Part shown: piece by piece, positions 28,101 through 41,200 of the stretch
Position numbering within the stretch: position 1 is the first letter of the stretch
Layout: the number at the start of each line of letters is the position of its first letter
DNA from: Nemertoderma westbladi
Taxonomy: Eukaryota > Animalia > Xenacoelomorpha
DNA: 64,000 nucleotides
Direction of reading: 5' to 3'
NCBI GenBank assembly: GCA_032718475.1
Contig: JAUCBJ010009110.1
Location: 21,807 to 85,806 of the forward strand
Made by a program: the position numbers and the translations under genes
Notes under the pieces: model-generated
The model's database searches: none
Seen by the model: the letters and a program-made list of their open reading frames with translations, nothing else
What the model was told of the DNA's origin: nothing

Positions 28101-31100
28101 AATGAGTTTGGGGTGTGGTATTCAGTGGGCGTTATAGAGATGTTAAAACTCAGTAAATGAGTTTGGGGTGTGGTATTCAGTGGGCGTTATAGAGATGTTA
28201 GAACTCCGTAAATGAGTTTGGGGTGTGGTATTCAGTGGGCGTTATAGAGATGTTAGAACTCAGTAAATGAGTTTGGGATGTGGTATTCAGTGGACGTTAT
28301 AGAGATGTTAAAACTCAGTAAATGAGTTTGGGGTGTGGTATTCAGTGGGCGTTATAGAGATATTATAACTCACTAAATGAGTTTGGGGTGTGGTATTCAG
28401 TAGGCGTTATAGAGATGTTAGAACTCAGTAAATGAGTTTGGGGTGTGGTATTCAGTGGGCGTTATAGAGATGTTAGAACTCAGTAAATGAGTTTGTGGTG
28501 TGGTATTCAGTAGGCGTTATAGAGATGTTAGAACTCAGTAAATGAGTTTGGGGTGTGGTATTCAGTGGGCGTTATAGAGATGTTAGAACTCACTAAATGA
28601 GTTTGGGGTGTGGTATTCAGTGGGCGTTATAGAGATGTTAGCACTCAGTAAATGAGTTTGGGGTGTGGTATTCAGTGGGCGTTATAGAGATGTTAGAACT
28701 CCGTAAATGAGTTTGGGGTGTGGTATTCAGTGGGCGTTATAGAGATGTTAGAACTCAGTAAATGAGTTTGGGATGTGGTATTCAGTGGACGTTATAGAGA
28801 TGTTAGAACTCAGTAAATGAGTTTGGGGTGTGGTATTCAGTGGGCGTTATAGAGATGTTAGAACTCCGTAAATGAGTTTGGGGTGTGGTATTCAGTGGGC
28901 GTTATAGAGATGTTAGCACTCAGTAAATGAGTTTGGGGTGTGGTATTCAGTGGGCGTTATAGAGATGTTAGAACTCCGTAAATGAGTTTGGGGTGTGGTA
29001 TTCAGTGGGCGTTATAGAGATGTTAGAACTCAGTAAATGAGTTTGGGATGTGGTATTCAGTGGACGTTATAGAGATGTTAGAACTCAGTAAATGAGTTTG
29101 GGGTGTGGTATTCAGTGGGCGTTATAGAGATGTTAGAACTCAGTAAATGAGTTTGTGGTGTGGTATTCAGTAGGCGTTATAGAGATGTTAGAACTCAGTA
29201 AATGAGTTTGGGGTGTGGTATTCAGTGGGCGTTATAGAGATGTTAGAACTCACTAAATGAGTTTGGGGTGTGGTATTCAGTGGGCGTTATAGAGATGTTA
29301 GAACTCACTAAATGAGTTTGGGGTGTGGTATTCAGTGGGCGTTATAGAGATGTTAGCACTCAGTAAATGAGTTTGGGGTGTGGTATTCAGTGGGCGTTAT
29401 AGAGATGTTAGAACTCCGTAAATGAGTTTGGGGTGTGGTATTCAGTGGGCGTTATAGAGATGTTAGAACTCAGTAAATGAGTTTGGGATGTGGTATTCAG
29501 TGGACGTTATAGAGATGTTAGAACTCAGTAAATGAGTTTGGGGTGTGGTATTCAGTGGGCGTTATAGAGATGTTAGAACTCAGTAAATGAGTTTGGGGTG
29601 TGGTATTCAGTGGGCGTAGTAGAGATGTTAGAACTCAGTAAATGAGTTTGGGGTGTGGTATTCAGTGGGCGTTATAGAGATATTATAACTCACTATATGA
29701 GTTTGGGGTGTGGTATTCAGTAGGCGTTATAGAGATGTTAGAACTCAGTAAATGAGTTTGGGGTGTGGTATTCAGTGGGCGTTATAGAGATGTTAGAACT
29801 CAGTAAATGAGTTTGTGGTGTGGTATTCAGTAGGCGTTATAGAGATGTTAGAACTCAGTAAATGAGTTTGGGGTGTGGTATTCAGTGGGCGTTATAGAGA
29901 TGTTAGAACTCAGTAAATGAGTTTGTGGTGTGGTATTCAGTAGGCGTTATAGAGATGTTAGAACTCAGTAAATGAGTTTGGGGTGTGGTATTCAGTGGGC
30001 GTTATAGAGATATTATAACTCACTAAATGAGTTTGGGGTGTGGTATTCAGTAGGCGTTATAGAGATGTTAGAACTCAGTAAATGAGTTTGGGGTGTGGTA
30101 TTCAGTGGGCGTTATAGAGATGTTAAAACTCAGTAAATGAGTTTGGGGTGTGGTATTCAGTGGGCGTTATAGAGATGTTAGAACTCCGTAAATGAGTTTG
30201 GGATGTGGTATTCAGTGGACGTTATAGAGATGTTAAAACTCAGTAAATGAGTTTGGGGTGTGGTATTCAGTGGGCGTTATAGAGATATTATAACTCACTA
30301 AATGAGTTTGGGGTGTGGTATTCAGTAGGCGTTATAGAGATGTTAGAACTCAGTAAATGAGTTTGGGGTGTGGTATTCAGTGGGCGTTATAGAGATGTTA
30401 GAACTCAGTAAATGAGTTTGTGGTGTGGTATTCAGTAGGCGTTATAGAGATGTTAGAACTCAGTAAATGAGTTTGGGGTGTGGTATTCAGTGGGCGTTAT
30501 AGAGATGTTAGAACTCACTAAATGAGTTTGGGGTGTGGTATTCAGTGGGCGTTATAGAGATGTTAGAACTCACTAAATGAGTTTGGGGTGTGGTATTCAG
30601 TGGGCGTTATAGAGATGTTAGCACTCAGTAAATGAGTTTGGGGTGTGGTATTCAGTGGGCGTTATAGAGATGTTAGAACTCCGTAAATGAGTTTGGGGTG
30701 TGGTATTCAGTGGGCGTTATAGAGATGTTAGAACTCAGTAAATGAGTTTGGGATGTGGTATTCAGTGGACGTTATAGAGATGTTAGAACTCAGTAAATGA
30801 GTTTGGGGTGTGGTATTCAGTGGGCGTTATAGAGATGTTAGAACTCCGTAAATGAGTTTGGGGTGTGGTATTCAGTGGGCGTTATAGAGATGTTAGCACT
30901 CAGTAAATGAGTTTGGGGTGTGGTATTCAGTGGGCGTTATAGAGATGTTAGAACTCCGTAAATGAGTTTGGGGTGTGGTATTCAGTGGGCGTTATAGAGA
31001 TGTTAGAACTCAGTAAATGAGTTTGGGATGTGGTATTCAGTGGACGTTATAGAGATGTTAGAACTCAGTAAATGAGTTTGGGGTGTGGTATTCAGTGGGC

Positions 31101-34100
31101 GTTATAGAGATGTTAGAACTCAGTAAATGAGTTTGTGGTGTGGTATTCAGTAGGCGTTATAGAGATGTTAGAACTCAGTAAATGAGTTTGGGGTGTGGTA
31201 TTTAGTGGGCGTTATAGAGATGTTAGAACTCACTAAATGAGTTTGGGGTGTGGTATTCAGTGGGCGTTATAGAGATGTTAGAACTCACTAAATGAGTTTG
31301 GGGTGTGGTATTCAGTGGGCGTTATAGAGATGTTAGCACTCAGTAAATGAGTTTGGGGTGTGGTATTCAGTGGGCGTTATAGAGATGTTAGAACTCCGTA
31401 AATGAGTTTGGGGTGTGGTATTCAGTGGGCGTTATAGAGATGTTAGAACTCAGTAAATGAGTTTGGGATGTGGTATTCAGTGGACGTTATAGAGATGTTA
31501 GAACTCAGTAAATGAGTTTGGGGTGTGGTATTCAGTGGGCGTTATAGAGATGTTAGAACTCAGTAAATGAGTTTGGGGTGTGGTATTCAGTGGGCGTAGT
31601 AGAGATGTTAGAACTCAGTAAATGAGTTTGGGGTACGGTACTCAGTGGGCGTTATAGAGATGTTAGAACTCACTAAATGAGTTTGGGGTGTGGTACTCAG
31701 TGGACGTTATAGAGATGTTAGAACTCAGTAAATTAGTTTGGGGTACGATACTCAGTGGGCGTTATAGAGATGTTAGAACTCAGTAAATGAGTTTGGGGTG
31801 TGGTATTCAGTGGGCGTTATAGAGATGTTAGAACTCACTAAATGAGTTTGGGGTGTGGTATTCAGTGGGCGTTATAGAGATGTTAGAACTCAGTAAATGA
31901 GTTTGGGGTGTGGTATTCAGTGGGTGTTATAGAGATGTTAGAACTCAGTAAATGAGTTTGGGGTGTGGTATTCAGTGGGCGTTATAGAGATGTTAGAACT
32001 CAGTAAATGAGTTTGGGGTGTGGTATTCAGTGGGCGTTATAGAGATGTTAGAACTCAGTAAATGAGTTTGGGGTGTGGTACTCAGTGGGCGTTATAGAGA
32101 TGTTAGAACTCAGTAAATGAGTTTGTGGTGTGGTATTCAGTGGGCGTTATAGAGATGTTAGAACTCAGTAAATGAGTTTGGGGTGTGGTATTCAGTGGGC
32201 GTTATAGAGATGTTAGAACTCAGTAAATGAGTTTGGGGTGTGGTATTCAGTGGGCGTTATAGAGATATTATAACTCAGTAAATGAGTTTGGGGTGTGGTA
32301 TTCAGTGGACGTTATAGAGATGTTAGAACTCAGTAAATGAGTTTGGGGTGTGGTATTCAGTGGGCGTTATAGAGATGTTAGAACTCAGTAAATGAGTTTG
32401 GGGTGTGGTATTCAGTGGGCGTTATAGAGATGTTAGAACTCAGTAAATGAGTTTGGGGTGTGGTATTCAGTGGGCGTTATAGAGATGTTAGAACTCAGTA
32501 AATGAGTTTGGGGTGTGGTATTCAGTGGGCGTTATAGAGATGTTAGAACTCAGTAAACGAGTTTGGGGTACGGTACTCAGTGGGCGTTATAGAGATGTTA
32601 GAACTCCGTAAATGAGTTTGGGGTGTGGTATTCAGTGGGCGTTATAGAGATGTTAGAACTCAGTAAATGAGTTTGGGGTGTGGTATTCAGTGGGCGTTAT
32701 AGAGATGTTAGAACTCAGTAAATGAGTTTGGGGTGTGGTATTCAGTGGGCGTTATAGACATCTTAGAACTCAGTAAATGAGTTTGGGGTGTGGTATTCAG
32801 TGGGCGTTATAGAGATGTTAGAACTCAGTAAATGAGTTTGGGGTGTGGTATTCAGTGGGCGTTATAGAGATGTTAGAACTCAGTAAATGAGTTTGGGGTG
32901 TGGTATTCAGTGGGCGTTATAGAGATGTTAGAACTCAGTAAATGAGTTTGGGGTGTGGTACTCAGTGGGCGTTATAGAGATGTTAGAACTCAGTAAATGA
33001 GTTTGTGGTGTGGTATTCAGTGGGCGTTATAGAGATGTTAGAACTCAGTAAATGAGTTTGGGGTGTGGTATTCAGTGGGCGTTATAGAGATGTTAGAACT
33101 CAGTAAATGAGTTTGGGGTGTGGTATTCAGTGGGCGTTATAGAGATATTATAACTCAGTAAATGAGTTTGGGGTGTGGTATTCAGTGGACGTTATAGAGA
33201 TGTTAGAACTCAGTAAATGAGTTTGGGGTGTGGTATTCAGTGGGCGTTATAGAGATGTTAGAACTCAGTAAATGAGTTTGTGGTGTGGTATTCAGTAGGC
33301 GTTATAGAGATGTTAGAACTCAGTAAATGAGTTTGGGATGTGGTATTCAGTGGGCGTTATAGAGATGTTAGAACTCACTAAATGAGTTTGGGGTGTGGTA
33401 TTCAGTGGGCGTTATAGAGATGTTAGAACTCACTAAATGAGTTTGGGGTGTGGTATTCAGTGGGCGTTATAGAGATGTTAGCACTCAGTAAATGAGTTTG
33501 GGGTGTGGTATTCAGTGGGCGTTATAGAGATGTTAGAACTCCGTAAATGAGTTTGGGGTGTGGTATTCAGTGGGCGTTATAGAGATGTTAGAACTCAGTA
33601 AATGAGTTTGGGATGTGGTATTCAGTGGACGTTATAGAGATGTTAGAACTCAGTAAATGAGTTTGGGGTGTGGTATTCAGTGGGCGTTATAGAGATGTTA
33701 GAACTCAGTAAATGAGTTTGGGATGTGGTATTCAGTGTGCGTTATAGAGATGTTAGAACTCAGTAAATGAGTTTGGGGTACGGTACTCAGTGGGCGTTAT
33801 AGAGATGTTAGAACTCTCTAAATGAGTTTGGGGTGTGGTACTCAGTGGGCGTTATAGAGATGTTAGAACTCAGTAAATTAGTTTGGGGTACGATACTCAG
33901 TGGGCGTTATAGAGATGTTAGAACTCAGTAAATGAGTTTGGGGTGTGGTATTCAGTGGGCGTTATAGAGATGTTAGAACTCACTAAATGAGTTTGGGGTG
34001 TGGTATTCAGTGGGCGTTATAGAGATGTTAGAACTCAGTAAATGAGTTTGGGGTGTGGTATTCAGTGGGCGTTATAGAGATGTTAGAACTCAGTAAATGA

Positions 34101-34806
34101 GTTTGGGGTACGGTACTCAGTGGGCGTTATAGAGATGTTAGAACTCACTAAATGAGTTTGGGGTGTGGTATTCAGTGGGCGTTATAGAGATGTTAGAACT
34201 CACTAAATGAGTTTGGGGTGTGGTATTCAGTGGGCGTTATAGAGATGTTAGAACTCAGTAAATGAGTTTGGGGTGTGGTATTCAGTGGGCGTTATAGAGA
34301 TGTTAGAACTCAGTAAATGAGTTTGGGGTGTGGTATTCAGTGGGCGTTATAGAGATATTAGAACTCAGTAAATGAGTTTGGGGTGTGGTATTCAGTGGGC
34401 GTTATAGAGATGTTAGAACTCACTAAATGAGTTTGGGGTGTGGTACTCAGTGGGCGTTATAGAGATGTTAGAACTCAGTAAATTAGTTTGGGGTACGATA
34501 CTCAGTGGGCGTTATAGAGATGTTAGAACTCAGTAAATGAGTTTTGGGTGTGGTATTCAGTGGGCGTTATAGAGATGTTAGAACTCACTAAATGAGTTTG
34601 GGGTGTTGTATTCAGCGGGCGTTTTAGAGATGTTAGAATTCACTAAATGAGTTTGGGGTGTGGTACTCAGTGGGCGTTATAGAGATGTTAGAACTCAGTA
34701 AATGAGTTTGGGGTGTGGTACTCAGTGGTCGTTATAGAGATGTTAGAACTCAGTAAATGAATTTGGGGTGTGGTACTCAGTGGGCGTTATAGATATGTTC
34801 GTACTC
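25196..34806. repeat. 55-bp tandem minisatellite array, ~175 copies
   Basis: Monomer tggtattcagtgggcgttatagagatgttagaactcagtaaatgagtttggggtg. Phase is kept exactly from 25201 to 34441 (9240 bp = 168 x 55). Confidence 0.98.
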
Positions 34807-35201
34807 TATAGTGGTGAACAGTATCGGCATGTTGAGCATTCATACAGTAGATGGTTAAGAGGTGTGTAATTGTAGCTGTTTAAAATGCTATGAAAATATG
34901 TTTCGTTTACAATTATTATTTGCACAAGATTTTTAACGAACTAATCTTATTCTACAGAATGAAAAATGTTATGTATTGAGATAGAGCTTAAAGAAGAGCA
35001 TACTATGTCGAATAAATAGTGAGTTACCAACTTACAACCAATTAACACTGAATAAGATTTTCAGAGTAATTATCAGGTATGTATAATTTAAAATAACTAT
35101 TATTATGTTATATTGACTTTTAAACTTTCAATTTTCCAATTCTCGAAAAAACCCAGTTCGTATTGGTAAACAAATAATATAATATATCATTGAGTAGTAA
35201 A

Positions 35202-38200
35202 ATGGCTAAAAGAAAACAAAAATGTAGTAAGTGCGGAAGCTCAAAACATAATATTAGAACATGTTCAAAGGGGAAGGGTATAACAGTTACTTTTATGGAA
35301 CAAATGGAACAGGTTGAGCAACCTCATGGGGAGGAAGAAAACCCGGAGGAACGAATGGCAAATGAAGAGGGGCCTCCAGTGGATGAAGAGCCCCAGGAAG
35401 AACAGATTGAACATGGGGAGGGGCATCAAGGGGAGGAACGGATGGATAATGGGGAGGAAGGTCAAGGCATGGAACAGCAACATGAGGAACGGATCGATAA
35501 TGGGGAGGGAGGTCAAGGTGTGGAACAGCAACAGGAGGAACGGATGGATTATGGGGAGGAAGGTCAAGGGGTGGAACAGCCACCGGAGGAACGGGTGGAT
35601 AATGGGGAGGGAGGTCAAGGCGTGGAACAGCAACAGGGGGAACGGATGGATAATGGGGAGGAAGGTCAAGGGGTGGAACAGCCACCGGAGGAACGGGTGG
35701 ATAATGGGGAGGGAGGTCAAGGCGTGGAACAGCAACAGGGGGAACGGATGGATAATGGGGAGGGAGGTCAAGGCGTGGAACAGCAACAGGGGGAACGGAT
35801 GGATAATGGGGAGGAAGGTCAAGGGGTGGAACAGCAACAGGGGGAACGGATGGATAATGGGGAGGAAGGTCAAGGGGTGGAACAGCCACAGGAGGAACGG
35901 ATGGATAATGGTGAGGAACAGCATCAGGAGGAGCAGAGAGAATGGGAGGAGGTTCAACAAAGAGGGGAAAAAAGGGGTCAGGATAGCCAAGGAGGTCAAC
36001 GAAGGAGAAGAAGAGAAGGAACACCTCCGGATATTCAATCAGACCCAGGTACACAACAGGAAGAAACAGCCAGAGAGGGGGGCCAGAACCAGAGTAGGAC
36101 AGGGCCATCAAGAACGCAATTTATTGTACTGCAGGGCTCAAATAATATTCCTCCACAAGAATGGCTAGATACAACCTGTCAATTAAATGGGCTTCATATC
36201 CAACCCAATCAAGGTGGTGGAGATTGTCTATACTACTCTATATTGCAAGGTTTAGACTTGCTTAATTTCAACCGGCACTATACTGTGGCATCCCTACGCA
36301 ACCTCTCTGCTAATGAGATGGCTAGAAACCCTCTCCCATATTCAAACCGTTTCCTTGTACCAACAAATGCTGAAATAGCAGGTATGTATCCACGACCTGC
36401 AAATAATTTTAATAATTTTATTTTGGCAACAAGAGGAGGAGAATGGGGAACCGAATTAAATATAATGTCACTTGCAATTCACCTGCCGGCGTCTATCTGT
36501 TTGATATCAACGGAAACTCGAGGCGTTCTACACTTTGGCAATAGCCCAGACGTTATTTACATTGCCCACTGGCCCGGTCATTTTGCTGCACTCCTACCTG
36601 GAACAGGTAATCATAGTAATTTCATACCGCATACTCAGCACCCTCAGAGTTCCACAGGAAGTTGTCAACCATCAACTTCAAATATCAGACAACAATCCAC
36701 CACTCGAAACCAATCTCAGAATGCAGGTTCTTCATATCATCGTCCACCACCTTGTAATCGAACAGGTACATATGGTAACCTTCCAGAAAGAAGATCACCA
36801 CAGCCAAATACCATAAACCCAAATCATCCACCAAATAATGGTCACACTCAGAACCCTTCAACTCAAGTTCATCCAACTACATCTTCAGTACAACAAAATA
36901 TATCCTCAACAGAACAACCAACTTCAAATCTGACAGCACCAACTACAACTCCATCGGCTGTAAACATGACATTGCTATGTGAATGTTGTCAACGTCATTC
37001 TACTGCTATTTATGACATTCAAGTTGCCATAAGAGGATCTTGTAAAGGAAAGAAATATGGCAGATTAGTGCAGAGAAGACAATACTCACTTCCTGTATGT
37101 TGTGCACAGTGCAATTCCTACTTAAACCAAAATAAAACTGATATACGTAGAAATTGGAATATAATGTGGCCAGCTGTATTAAATTCATGTCTGTCAGCAG
37201 TTTCATTAATGCCAGAAGATAAACATATAGAACTATGGAAACAACTACCAACTAATATACAGGAGATGTGGTCGTCGTTATCTTTACCTCCATCAGGGAT
37301 ACCAATATTTAGAGATTTCACACCACAACTCAGGGAATTCAACCAAGATATTAAAACTAATACATTGGGTGGACTCAGGAAAGCCATGAACAGGGAATGC
37401 TTCCCTGAAGTTAAGTGTCCTCTTGGTTGCTGGCAATGGGTTGATATGTGTAAGTACATACCTTTTATAGATTACCTCGCATATGCCAACATTGTGTCCC
37501 TTCCCAATTCTGATCGAGAGTACTTTCGCTCAGCCAGACCAGACTGGCCAACACTTCCACGCCAATATTTGCTTACATGGACAATAAATCCAGGTGTGGT
37601 CATTGATGATGATAACGGTCTTTCTGTGTTAGTATGCAAAGACCATAAATCAACTAAACAACAAGTGATACATATACAAGAAAACCCTTTTTATGAAGAA
37701 GGTGCTCTTCAGTCATATGAGGTATTTGCACCAACAACACTTACACCAAACATTGTCAGACAGGGACGTCTGAATAAGTGGAATAGCTCCAACTATGTTG
37801 TGAATTGCATTGGGGGTTATCATGGGTTGTCTACATTCACACTTGGTGCTTCTGAATTAGATCTTCCTCCAATTACTCAGCAGCAAGTATTGAGAGAGGG
37901 TTTATGCCTTAAATTTAGGAATGACATTCGAGAGACCTATCTCAACACTACCTGGGGAGGTGCAAGCGGTATAGTAAAATCAAAATTAACTGGTCTCATG
38001 AACAGTGGAAGGACCCCTGAAGGTATCGCTCTTAAGAAATGTCTTGCTGGAGGAAGTTATATGTCCATTTGTGATACATTCCATGCTTGGCAAATAAGTC
38101 GACTTCAGAATGAGAGACAAGAAGCTCAAAGCAGCAACATAAAATATATATTTCAGGCTAAAAGCCTTATATTATCAATTGTCCATCCAATGAATGATGT

Positions 38201-41200
38201 TGGGGCTTTTCCATTTAAAGTAAACATCAATCATATTCATGATTGTCTTGGTATTGCCATTACCACCATCCTTCTATATAACCGAAGGATCCACCAACTT
38301 TGTCTTCAGAAGTATATATCTGAAAATGATAATCTCTTGGGTTGGATACTTGCATCAGTAGCTTCTATATCTGGATTAAATCATCCATCGAGATCCTGCA
38401 ACAAGAATGTTGTCTATACAAAGATATCAACTGATCCTTGTGTATTAACCACCCCAGATGCACCATTTATGGACAAGGTTGTTAATCTACTGCTCCGACT
38501 ATCAACTAAGTCGACACTGCGTACAATGGAGCAAATAGTAAGTCGCACAGAAACTCGTTCAGACTTGTATGATGTGATTATATGTAGGAACTCTTCATCC
38601 CAAGGGATTCAACCAAAAACACGTATTGGCGAATTCAAACTGATGTTTGTATTGACAGAGGATATAGAGGACACAATAATATTTCGGTGGGAGCCAGACA
38701 TGCGGTTTTGGTGTATTGGGAATGGAGGTTCTAGAGTGGCAACTACAGCATGCAATAAATCATCCTGGTTTCATACTTGGCGGCTAGCCATCTACGTAAA
38801 TACAAACACTAATGAACATCGTGATGATACCATCAAAAGATCTCTTGGTGGACAGCGACAGCTCACTTGTGCAAAACACAGCCTATACCTTATAAATGAG
38901 CCCAGAGTATCCAATGCTACATGTTCAGTTGGCAATTGCCGAAAACCAGCAAATCACCGGTGTCCCGATGGAATATTGTCATACCATTGCCTTGTTGCTG
39001 TATGTCTTAAGCATTTCAGATTGTATGCTATTGGAAATGCCTCACCAATCACAATCAGATATCGTCAATCTCCACTATGTAATAACCAACCACTAGAACC
39101 ATGTACTAATCAAGGCGAAATTGACAGTGATGCAGAATTGGAAGATCTCCTTCTAGAAGTCAATATTGACAATAATATTAATAGTGATGAGGAGCATGAT
39201 AATTCTGGTTTTGATATAATTATTCCTGAAAATGCAGATCAAGATTCTGATTGGGAATATCTGGAAGATCTCCAGAACTTCTTAACAGATGAGAACACCT
39301 TACCATCAGGAGATATACCATCTTCCGCTAGTAGCAGGAAGCAAATATTCCATGTTACAGGATCTCAAAGTTTTCCAAGTCACTGTCTCCTCAATGATAT
39401 ATATGGATTGTTACATCGTGATCTTTCTAAGCATCCGGGTGCTAAGAAAGCACAATTGTTAAATGAAATTGTTGCCAAGAATTCTGCACCATCAACATCC
39501 TTGTTATACCTTGAAGGTAATATATTTCCAACAACTTTTTGGTACAATCACTTTGATGCTATTGTGGGTGCGATACCTCATCATATATTTACCGAGATGT
39601 CAACTGCAATTTCAAGACATCATGTCTCATCTAACCAGGATATGCTCACAATTCGATTGCGTGATGGTGACTTATCCACTTCTCATGACTTGAACTATTT
39701 ACATTGGGCTGCAGATGTGCGCATAAATTCCAATTTAAATAAGCGTCCAACTACTGTATTTTTTAATCGTGGTCTAGAATTCCTTGATGAATCCCGTGCA
39801 ACAAAAAGTGATGTCCATGATACACCTCTGGAATTTGAGGAATCAAACAGTAGCAGGGTTGTGAAAGAACTGGCAGCCCTTATTAACAAATATCCCTGGT
39901 CATACTTTTTTACTATAACAGCCAATGAAACTTCAACCATGGGACTTGCACCAATCATTTACAAAATGAAGAATTTCTGTGAGGCCAATGATATGGAATA
40001 TAGTGACATATATGATGCAAATGTATTGCTACTATGTCGGGCATGGGAACGAGTGGCCCAATACATCTTAGACTATATAGAAACTAGTCACGAAGAACGG
40101 CTTGGGCCAGTACAACATATGTTTGCCCGAGCTGAGTTTCAGGACAAAGGTGCGAAGGGAAACAAATGCCATTTCCATGGTGGCATTTCTTTATACCCAG
40201 AACCGATACAGACCACAATGGACCGTGTCACATGTGATCCCGATCGCCTGCCTTTTGGTCCAGATGACTTCCATAAACTTCTACATGCTGGTATTGTCGA
40301 CTCTTGGCAGGACTTCCATGAGGCCAAAAGCATAGTTGAAATGGTCACTGTTCATAACTGTAAGGCAGCGTCAGAACGTTGTCACAAACGCAAGGATAAG
40401 GATGGCAATAAAATCTGCAGAGTACCATCTCATCCCACAAGTTCTTCCAATTGGTTTCAGGAAAAGAAAGACCTTTATTCCAAGGAAATCTACAATATAT
40501 TGGAAGATATTGGACTTGCTAAAAGAGTATTGAATAAAGAGTACCAGCTGGAATGGCAACTGGCACCAAATCTGACTGCAGGCCGTTACCACTATTCCAC
40601 AAGACACCCACCAACTTACTTACCGACTATTGCTGAAATGGCCTTAGCCTTACGAAGTTCATTTAATTGTCAAGTAACAGACCGCAAGTTTTCTAGCTCA
40701 TACTTGTCGAAATATATAGGTGGGGTTGAGGAGAGGAGGCAAGTGAAAGTATATGGCACAAAGAACCCCGATATAGTAAGGACTGAAGTAGGTGACCAAG
40801 AAAATGTAAAAATATCTGGTGTTAGGATAAACCAAGCAATTAAGAAAGATATTGCTTCAAATTCTCGTGAGATTGGAATACCAGAGCTTGCAAGATTTGC
40901 ACTTGGTTATCCTTATACAAGATGTACAGCCGACTTTATCCACATAAGCACTCTTCCTCCTGAATATCGCTCTGCTGTTTGTGCAAAGAAATCGAATGAA
41001 CACATTGAGGGTTCATTTGGCAGCTATATCTCTGGTATCGAATTAAGAAATAATTTACCTCTTTGGCGCCACTTTACTCATAGCCAACAAAGGCTTATTC
41101 GAGAGTATGTATCTTCGGATTATAGATTAGGGAATACTGAGCGATTCAATATTCGTCCACCAGAGATTTGCATATTCAACAAGCTCGTAGACTATCATGA

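Noticed and set aside
25196-34806. CRISPR-like array
   Set aside because: The units are contiguous with no unique spacers, there are no cas genes, and the context is eukaryotic. The same applies to the 107- and 94-bp arrays.
35265-36168. 257-, 272- and 284-aa overlapping ORFs
   Set aside because: Alternative-frame shadows of the stop-poor 51-bp coding repeat.
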